This document shows, in pieces, positions 17,510 through 23,754 of a DNA stretch of 23,754 nt. A program made the position numbers and the translations under genes. Position 1 is the stretch's first letter. The number at the start of each line of letters is the position of its first letter. The stretch comes from Bacilli bacterium (GTDB lineage Bacteria; Bacillota_I; Bacilli_A; RFN20; CAG-826). Location of the stretch: the NCBI GenBank assembly GCA_045628045.1, contig JAZQOV010000012.1, forward strand, positions 1 through 23,754, read 5' to 3'. The notes beneath the pieces are model-generated. The model saw only the letters and a list, made by a program, of their open reading frames with translations, did not search any database and was not told the origin of the DNA.

Positions 17510-18283
17510 TCATATTTTATCTTTTTTACCGAAATTAGCAAACTTTTTATCTTCTATATCGGCAAATTGCCCTTCATCTCCGTTAATCCAAGCAACTTTA
17601 TCAATAGGAACTTCTTGTTCATAGACTTTCTTTCCTTCTCCACCTGCATATTGTTGTGCTTGTATTTTACTCGTTGATACAAATACTCCGTTTCCAATTG
17701 GATATGATGAATATATTTTAATAGTTCCTTTTTTTAAAGCATTTTCAGCTTGTTTTTTGCTAAAATCTCCCCATCCAAAACTTTCTTCATCGTTTATTGC
17801 TTCTTCAAATGTTTTAATATCTTTTGGACTTCTAATACCAACATGATAATCATCTAACATTGGATTAGTTTTTTGAATAATGTCAAATTGTTTTCTTTTT
17901 GATTCTGGTGCATTAGCAATATCTTGTTTTAATTGCTCTTGCTTTTGTCTTTCAACTTCTTCTTTTTGTTGTTTTTTGGCTAATTGTTTCGCTTGGAATT
18001 CTTGTTCAAATTTCAAACGAGATTCTTCCTCTTTTTTCTTTTTGTCTGTTTCCCATTCTTCTTCGGTATTAAAACCACTTTTAAGAAAATCTATTCTATG
18101 TTTAATCTTTGCTTTACTAAAGAAACCTTTTGTATTGGCATATTCATTTTCTAATTTTTTGATTTCTTCTTCATTAGAAATTCCTTCATCACTTTTTGGC
18201 TTTTCAAAATGTCCAAACGAAGCATACTCGCCATTTGGTTTCATAGGTTGTTGTTCGCCACCTCTATTTTCTTTTGTTTCCAT
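17510..18283 (-). CDS. Head-module protein with coiled coil and C-terminal ADP-ribosyltransferase-like domain
   Basis: IKIYSS...GVFVSTSKIQAQQYAG...VYEQEV...WINGDEGQF follows ART-fold strand order, with an STS motif; directly downstream of the minor capsid gene. Confidence 0.5.
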   Translation of the reverse strand: METKENRGGEQQPMKPNGEYASFGHFEKPKSDEGISNEEEIKKLENEYANTKGFFSKAKIKHRIDFLKSGFNTEEEWETDKKKKEEESRLKFEQEFQAKQLAKKQQKEEVERQKQEQLKQDIANAPESKRKQFDIIQKTNPMLDDYHVGIRSPKDIKTFEEAINDEESFGWGDFSKKQAENALKKGTIKIYSSYPIGNGVFVSTSKIQAQQYAGGEGKKVYEQEVPIDKVAWINGDEGQFADIEDKKFANFGKKDKI

Positions 18284-18300
18284 AATACTACCTACATTAT

Positions 18301-19398
18301 TTATACCCTATATTCTTGAAATGCAAAACCATTTTTGTTGCAGAACTCTCTTAAATGAGCAATTGCAGCTTTAATTTTGGCATCAAGAATCTTAACTTTG
18401 CGAGTATCATTAACTTGCTTATACATATCTCGTTCAGTTTTCATTTGTCTAATTGCTCGTTCCATTTCACGAATTTTGTTATTGATTTCTCTCATTCGTT
18501 TAATATCTTCTCCACTATATTCTTTTGGTGGAAGTTTACCTTTTTCGTATTTGATTAAGTAATGTCGGCAATTGAAACCACTAATTATATTATTATTGTA
18601 GCCATATTTGTCTTTTTGAGCCATTATGTCGGTTAAACTATAAACCCAAGTATTATCGACCTTTTCAACTCTAAAACCACTCATAGTAGCGTGTTTTGTA
18701 ACACTCACTAATTTACCCTGCCATTTTTGACAACGCTTTGAACAGTCTGGGTGGCTTGAAATCCAATATAAGTCATCTCCACTGTTTCTTGCATTTTCTA
18801 CCATTTCCATTTGTTTACTATGTCTAATGTCTAACTCGGCTTTTTGCCAAATAGAAATCGGCTTTTTGCCTTTTTCGACTGCATTAGTAGGTATTTCACT
18901 CACTTTGCTAATATATTCTTTTAAAGCATTTGCATAGTTTTGAACACGAACACTTGCTTTTGCTTGGCTAAACATATCATAAGTAATCTTTGCTTTGTTC
19001 TTTTCAATGAACTTGGTTAATTCAACAGGATTCTTAATTGTAGGCATTTGATAACCTTTTTTAACAAACCCATTGACAACTAAAGCTGCAACGATGACAA
19101 ACTCTTTTCTTTTCTTTTCAAGTTCTTCAAAAACCTTATTTGCCATAGCATACAGACCTTCGATATAACTTTGTCTGTTTTCAATATCTCTTGGCAATTT
19201 GTTTCTATCAAACTCTCTTATATATGTATTAAGTGTAATTCGCAATTGATACAAACTTCCCATTGTTAAAAAGTATTTAGTAATCAGTTTTTTTATATCT
19301 CTCTCTGCTCTTTGTAATAAAGGCAAAAAGCGACTTTGTTGTAAGTCGCCTGTATTTGCTAAATATTGTCCGTTTTCGTTTTTTGGGAATAGTTCCAT
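18301..19398 (-). CDS. Phage minor capsid protein (minor capsid protein 2 / MuF-like)
   Basis: WISSHPDCSKRCQKWQGK and GFNCRHYL motifs, then IREMERAIRQMK; follows the portal gene. Confidence 0.85.
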   Translation of the reverse strand: MELFPKNENGQYLANTGDLQQSRFLPLLQRAERDIKKLITKYFLTMGSLYQLRITLNTYIREFDRNKLPRDIENRQSYIEGLYAMANKVFEELEKKRKEFVIVAALVVNGFVKKGYQMPTIKNPVELTKFIEKNKAKITYDMFSQAKASVRVQNYANALKEYISKVSEIPTNAVEKGKKPISIWQKAELDIRHSKQMEMVENARNSGDDLYWISSHPDCSKRCQKWQGKLVSVTKHATMSGFRVEKVDNTWVYSLTDIMAQKDKYGYNNNIISGFNCRHYLIKYEKGKLPPKEYSGEDIKRMREINNKIREMERAIRQMKTERDMYKQVNDTRKVKILDAKIKAAIAHLREFCNKNGFAFQEYRV

Positions 19399-19400
19399 AT

Positions 19401-21158
19401 TTATTGATCTGTTTCGGTTGAACCCATTAAGTTCTTGCCACCTAAATTGTCATAATTATTATTTTGTCCAAATGTGCCTTCATCATTAAGTTCGTTTAAC
19501 TCATCAAAGGCAACTTGTTGTTTAGCCGCTTTGGCATCGTTGATTCTCTTTAAGATTTGTTCTTCTTCTAAATCAGGATAAATCTCTCTAATTGCTTCAT
19601 CAATAGTTGTAAGTCCAGCATCTAATAACTTTGTTTGTCTATCAATGATTCTGTCTTTGTTAATCAAACTTGGACTTGCGAAATCTACTGAAATGTTAGT
19701 TCCAATACCCATATAGTTTAATGAACTCTCAAATAATCTATTGATAGTTTCTCTAAAGTAACTTCTCTCTAAATTGATAAATGCAATTGAAATATCATCT
19801 TCACTATCGATTTGAGTAGCAGTCATGGTTGTTTGCGAATTTAATAAGTATGAACTCAAAACTTTTGGACTCATACCCCATTTTGTAGCAATATTACGGA
19901 TACAGTCATCCATAATTCCCTGCCAGTCTGCTCCACGAATATCAAATTGTTGGACAATTGCTTTTTGTTGTTCTGGATCAACACCTTTTAACAACTCAAT
20001 TTTGTTTTCTCCAAAGTTTGCTAATGGACTTCTAACACCACTTGCATATTGTGGTTTGGTATAGTCAATTGTATCTCCTAAAGACATTGCTTTTGGAACA
20101 TAAACTGCACCTTTGCCTAAATACATATCACGAATTTTGTAACTTGCAGCTACTTCATAAGTAATCATATCACTTTGAATTTTAACAAGTTTGCTCTCGC
20201 CTAAATTTGTTGCTTTTGGGTGTGCCAAGTCAATATAGGAATCTTGTAATACTTCAACACCAATGTAATCAAAGCCGAGTTTTTGTTCTTCTCCAACTCT
20301 TAAAGCACCATAATCTCTCCTAATTGAATCTCTTAACCATTTAGGCATTTCATCCCAAGTAACAGTGCAAGATTCATTGATAGTAGGTGCATCAGCTCCA
20401 CCATTATTTAATGTGCCACGAACCTTTTTGACAGTATATTCCACCATTGCTACTCGTTTAATTTCGCAATTTGCTTTATATGTGCCATCTTCGTTCTTTT
20501 CGATTTTCTTGTTAATATCATCTTTGTAGAATCTATGTTCGCAAAGGAAGAATTGTTGATTTGTCTTTTCATCTCCCTTTGTATCAGTATAGCCACGAAT
20601 TAAGAAAACTGCATCTTCTACTTCTCCGTTAAAATCGGTTCTGTATGTGCATTGGTCCATTCTAACTGATTCCCACCAAACTTTACCATATAAATCGTGA
20701 TTCTCTTTGATAAGACTTGTTCCAATTGCTTCGGCAAAACCAATACCAGAATAAACTGCACTAATTAATTTATTTTGTAAAACCCATTTACTTGCTTGCT
20801 TAAGATTCTTTTTGTCAATATCAGTTGGACATTCTTCGTTAAGTCTTAACATTAACTTTTCTCCAACTACTTGCTTTGTTAAACCTGTGATTAAAATATT
20901 GCCAATTTTGGTTGATACGATTCCACTTTGCCCATTATCTCCATGTAAACAATGAACGAATCCATCAAGCCATTCAGTAGCAACTTTAATGTATTTCCAG
21001 GCATAGTCCTTCATAAAGGTTGGCAAAAGTCCATACCATAAACTTGCATTTATGTTGAAATTATATGTTTCGTTAATAGCACTTGCTAATCCAACTTGCC
21101 AGTTTGGAATATCAGCATTTTCTATTGTTCTCTCAACGATTCCGTTTTCTTCTGCCAT
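19401..21158 (-). CDS. Portal protein (SPP1 gp6/A118-like)
   Basis: 585 aa, downstream of terL; LGESKL, FDIRGADW, MTATQIDSE, ISVDFASPSL and AGLTTIDEAIREIYPD motifs. Confidence 0.85.
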   Translation of the reverse strand: MAEENGIVERTIENADIPNWQVGLASAINETYNFNINASLWYGLLPTFMKDYAWKYIKVATEWLDGFVHCLHGDNGQSGIVSTKIGNILITGLTKQVVGEKLMLRLNEECPTDIDKKNLKQASKWVLQNKLISAVYSGIGFAEAIGTSLIKENHDLYGKVWWESVRMDQCTYRTDFNGEVEDAVFLIRGYTDTKGDEKTNQQFFLCEHRFYKDDINKKIEKNEDGTYKANCEIKRVAMVEYTVKKVRGTLNNGGADAPTINESCTVTWDEMPKWLRDSIRRDYGALRVGEEQKLGFDYIGVEVLQDSYIDLAHPKATNLGESKLVKIQSDMITYEVAASYKIRDMYLGKGAVYVPKAMSLGDTIDYTKPQYASGVRSPLANFGENKIELLKGVDPEQQKAIVQQFDIRGADWQGIMDDCIRNIATKWGMSPKVLSSYLLNSQTTMTATQIDSEDDISIAFINLERSYFRETINRLFESSLNYMGIGTNISVDFASPSLINKDRIIDRQTKLLDAGLTTIDEAIREIYPDLEEEQILKRINDAKAAKQQVAFDELNELNDEGTFGQNNNYDNLGGKNLMGSTETDQ

Positions 21159-21174
21159 AAAGTTACCCCTTTAT

Positions 21175-21582
21175 TTAGTTCTTTTGTTCGTGTCTTGTCA
21201 TTTTTTCACTCTCTTGTGTTAATTCATCAATGAGTTTATTAATTCTAACACCGATTTCTTTTGCTTGGATTCCTCTTGTGCCTAATAGCAACATGATTAA
21301 TCTCTCCATATCAATAACAATTTGAGTTAATTGTCTTGTTTGGCTCATTTGAGTAGCCAATAATCTAAAGAAGATTTGCTCTTTGTTTTCTTTGGACAAA
21401 CCTCTAATATCGAGTTCTTGATTACCTAACTTGAAATCTTCATCAGTGAGTTCGTTAGGCATACTTGCTGCTTCCAAACACTCTCTATTAATTTCGGCTT
21501 CTTCTTCTGTCATAGAAATTCTATCAACAGCTTGTTTTTTGTTCTCATCTTTAATTGCTTGAACGATTTTTTCTTTTTCCAT
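21175..21582 (-). CDS. Hypothetical helical protein between terL and portal
   Basis: GGAAGGA SD; 135 aa; fills the operon gap on the coding strand. Confidence 0.7.
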   Translation of the reverse strand: MEKEKIVQAIKDENKKQAVDRISMTEEEAEINRECLEAASMPNELTDEDFKLGNQELDIRGLSKENKEQIFFRLLATQMSQTRQLTQIVIDMERLIMLLLGTRGIQAKEIGVRINKLIDELTQESEKMTRHEQKN

Positions 21583-21600
21583 TTTTTATATTTCCTTCCG

Positions 21601-23061
21601 TTATCGCTTAATTATATCATAAATCATTTTGTTGGAAATGCAATTTGCTTTTAATATATCAAACCAAGAAATGTTCTCAATATTTTGATACCAGAACCTA
21701 CATGCATAAGTGAAGGCATCAGCATCATCGTTAGGAACAATAGGATCATATCCATCTTGTTTTTCGTTCCAAATCAGCATTGATAATTGCTCGGCTAAAT
21801 AGTTTACTTTTCTTGGCTCAAACTTGTTTCTTACATAATTATAGTGTCCGCCATAATCAATAATTACAATACTATCAGCACATAAAGCACTTTGAACAGT
21901 TGATACCATTTCGCAAATTGTTCCTTTTTTAATTGGTCCAACACTCTCGCATCTATCACTCAAAAAGAATTGTGCTTCTTTTACCAAGTCTGGAGCTGCA
22001 CTATCAATTCTAACCATAATTGGCTTAACTGAAATGTTTATCCCACGCTCTCTTGCGATTATTATTTCTTGTCTTGTTCCTAAATTGAACTCTCTGCAAA
22101 CATCTTCTAACCAACGATTAACAAAATCTCTTACAAGTTGATGATAACCGAATTGTCCATCAGTTTTAGGATCGTGGTGGAATATTGGTCCAACAACACA
22201 TTGCCCATTGTTCATAATTATCAACGGAATGAAACTTGTGCTATCTCTATTTACTGCACCATCTCCACCGATGACTAATGCTACTGGTCTAATTTCACTA
22301 TTTGCTATTACATAATCGTATTCTTGTTTACTGATGATGTGCTTGTCTTTTCTAAACATTGGATAAACTGCACCGAAACCACCAGTTGGGATTCCTTCAT
22401 ACATATAATCGTAAAACTGTTTGTTCTCAAAATACATTTTACGAATTTCTTTTAAATCTCTATCACTCAAGAATGGAAGAATATCTCTATATGTGCTATG
22501 TATGACACACCAGTCTTTATCTTTTCTTTTTTCTTCACACCATACATTTATCCAATGCAGCTCTTGTGCAGGTGGGTTAAAAACAATTACAACTTTACAA
22601 TTAGCACCGAATCTTCTTCTTAAAGTAGCCATTGCTTGTTCAAAATGTTCTCTTGAGCGTAATTCTTGAGTTTCTTCAATTATAACAAGCGAAACTTTGT
22701 GTTTTGGTTTAAAACCTTTAGTTCTATCAGTTGAGCCACCAATACCCATGAAATATATAGTTGAATCATTTTGTTTTCTAACTATACGATATGGACTTTT
22801 GCGAAAAAGGAATTGATCTGCAAAAGATTCTATTGATTCAAGAACCTCGCAAGTTTCGTTATAGACGCTATCTCCAATTGATCCGTAACTTGCTCTTGCT
22901 ATAACAATATCTTCGTTTGGATTAACTGCAGTTACAATTCCAGCCAATATTTCGGTAGTCTTACTTTTACCACTTGCTCTGCCACCTGGAAGAACAAAGT
23001 TTTCATAGTCATCCTGGAATAAAGGCAAAAAAACTTCTGCTACTTGTATTGTATTAGGCAT
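21601..23061 (-). CDS. terL: Terminase large subunit (PBSX/Terminase_3 type)
   Basis: Walker A GGRASGKS, Walker B LVIIEET, coupling motif VFNPP, nuclease acidic motifs GGDGA, IDSAA and NDDADAFTY. Confidence 0.95.
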   Translation of the reverse strand: MPNTIQVAEVFLPLFQDDYENFVLPGGRASGKSKTTEILAGIVTAVNPNEDIVIARASYGSIGDSVYNETCEVLESIESFADQFLFRKSPYRIVRKQNDSTIYFMGIGGSTDRTKGFKPKHKVSLVIIEETQELRSREHFEQAMATLRRRFGANCKVVIVFNPPAQELHWINVWCEEKRKDKDWCVIHSTYRDILPFLSDRDLKEIRKMYFENKQFYDYMYEGIPTGGFGAVYPMFRKDKHIISKQEYDYVIANSEIRPVALVIGGDGAVNRDSTSFIPLIIMNNGQCVVGPIFHHDPKTDGQFGYHQLVRDFVNRWLEDVCREFNLGTRQEIIIARERGINISVKPIMVRIDSAAPDLVKEAQFFLSDRCESVGPIKKGTICEMVSTVQSALCADSIVIIDYGGHYNYVRNKFEPRKVNYLAEQLSMLIWNEKQDGYDPIVPNDDADAFTYACRFWYQNIENISWFDILKANCISNKMIYDIIKR

Positions 23062-23383
23062 CTCCGTTTTTTCCTTTTCCAGCTAACACTTGCTCATCAA
23101 TAAGTTTGATTCTATTTTCTTGTTCAGGTGTATTTGCTCTAACAATTTCAAGTTGTAATGGTTCTGCATGAGTAACAATTGCCATTTGCTTTTGTGCTTC
23201 AATTTCTAATCGTTTCATCTTAAAAGCTGCCATCTTTGTTAACATATCAATTTTTTGATTCGCAACAAAAATATCCTTTGGTGTTGTTGCATTAGTAATC
23301 AATTCCACCATAGTATTTTCTATGTCATCAAGATTAATTTGTTTCTTGACTACAATTTCTGTTCTTTTCTTTTTTGTTGGCAT
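23054..23383 (-). CDS. Probable terminase small subunit
   Basis: 109-aa helical protein overlapping the terL start by 8 nt; basic N-terminus. Confidence 0.6.
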   Translation of the reverse strand: MPTKKKRTEIVVKKQINLDDIENTMVELITNATTPKDIFVANQKIDMLTKMAAFKMKRLEIEAQKQMAIVTHAEPLQLEIVRANTPEQENRIKLIDEQVLAGKGKNGDA

Positions 23384-23410
23384 ACTTTTTCTATTTCTTG
23401 GGTTCGGCTT

Positions 23411-23464
23411 TTTGGACAGTGTCTAAATGTTAAAAATCTCTCGCACATTTATATATTTATTATA
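23411..23464 (-). promoter_or_regulatory. Candidate late-operon promoter/operator (or packaging-related site) upstream of terS
   Basis: Minus-strand TATAAT at 23464-23459 without a good -35; near-perfect palindrome TTTGGACA-G-TGTCTAAA at 23411-23427. Confidence 0.4.
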
Positions 23465-23472
23465 CAATTTCA

Positions 23473-23754
23473 CTACAATTCAATACTATAAATCATATCG
23501 CAGTCAAAGTGTGTAATTTCGTTTGGTGCGTAAGTATAATTGTATCTTTGTTCAGCACTATATTCGCAAGTTCCACCACACAACCATGTATCTTTATAGT
23601 TTTTATACGTTTCGTTATTATAGTAAACAATATCGATTTCTAAAATTAAGTTCCATTCGGTTTCACACATAGAATTGCATTTTGTTGTGTAGTAATATTC
23701 AAATTCGCAATTCTCGTAAAAATCATAATGCTTTATTTCTTCAATACAATACCA
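23473..23754 (-). CDS. Partial Cys/Tyr-rich hypothetical protein (5' end probably outside the window)
   Basis: The frame of the 65-aa track ORF stays open to the window edge (WYCIEEIKHYDFYENCEFEYYYTTKCNS-MCETEW...). Confidence 0.6.
   Translation of the reverse strand, partial: WYCIEEIKHYDFYENCEFEYYYTTKCNSMCETEWNLILEIDIVYYNNETYKNYKDTWLCGGTCEYSAEQRYNYTYAPNEITHFDCDMIYSIEL

Noticed and set aside
18284-18303. Read-through fusion of the minor capsid protein to the ART-like ORF (MuF-toxin fusion)
   Set aside because: The 17-nt gap puts the ORFs out of frame, no slippery heptamer is evident, and the downstream ORF has its own AGGTAG SD-like site.
17880-18374. 164-aa plus-strand ORF, and the other antisense/overlapping track ORFs (e.g. 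538-723, 1604-1837, 4259-4549, 16361-16642, 17304-17624)
   Set aside because: Ser/Phe/Leu-rich shadows of Lys/Glu-rich genes on the opposite strand; no SD or recognisable motifs.
8777-23383. Gene transfer agent interpretation of the short-TMP module
   Set aside because: The adjacent phage early genes (PcfK/PcfJ, XRE regulators) and convergent layout fit a real phage better; cannot be fully excluded without flanking sequence.
1-23754. Alternative genetic code (TGA=Trp or TAG recoding)
   Set aside because: Genes tile the window under code 11, TGA stops occur in ATGA overlaps, and TAG stops are followed by out-of-frame new starts.

Overview
AT-rich fragment of a tailed dsDNA phage or prophage (standard code 11, Bacillota-type AGGAGG ribosome-binding sites). 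Positions 1-3497 (+) are the end of an early/middle operon: small genes, two HTH-like proteins, a PcfK(AcrIIA9-family)/PcfJ pair and a 4-TM membrane protein. Positions 3592-23383 (-) are an apparently complete late module, converging with the early operon on a bidirectional terminator at about 3550-3583. Its order is terS, PBSX-type terL, a hypothetical gene, portal, minor capsid protein, an ART-like protein, a putative decoration protein, scaffold, major capsid protein, three head-tail joining genes, a two-domain tail protein, a 154-aa tape-measure-like protein, a baseplate hub, two fibre/receptor-binding proteins and small membrane proteins. Most notable: (1) no separate major tail, chaperone, Dit or long tape-measure gene, but a possible tail-terminator/tube fusion plus a mini-TMP, implying a very short tail; (2) no recognisable peptidoglycan hydrolase in the late module, hinting at a wall-less host; (3) an ADP-ribosyltransferase-like gene in the head module; (4) internal terminator-promoter pairs with palindromic operator candidates and a probable leaderless mRNA. 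All product calls come from motif recognition and synteny; no database searches were run.
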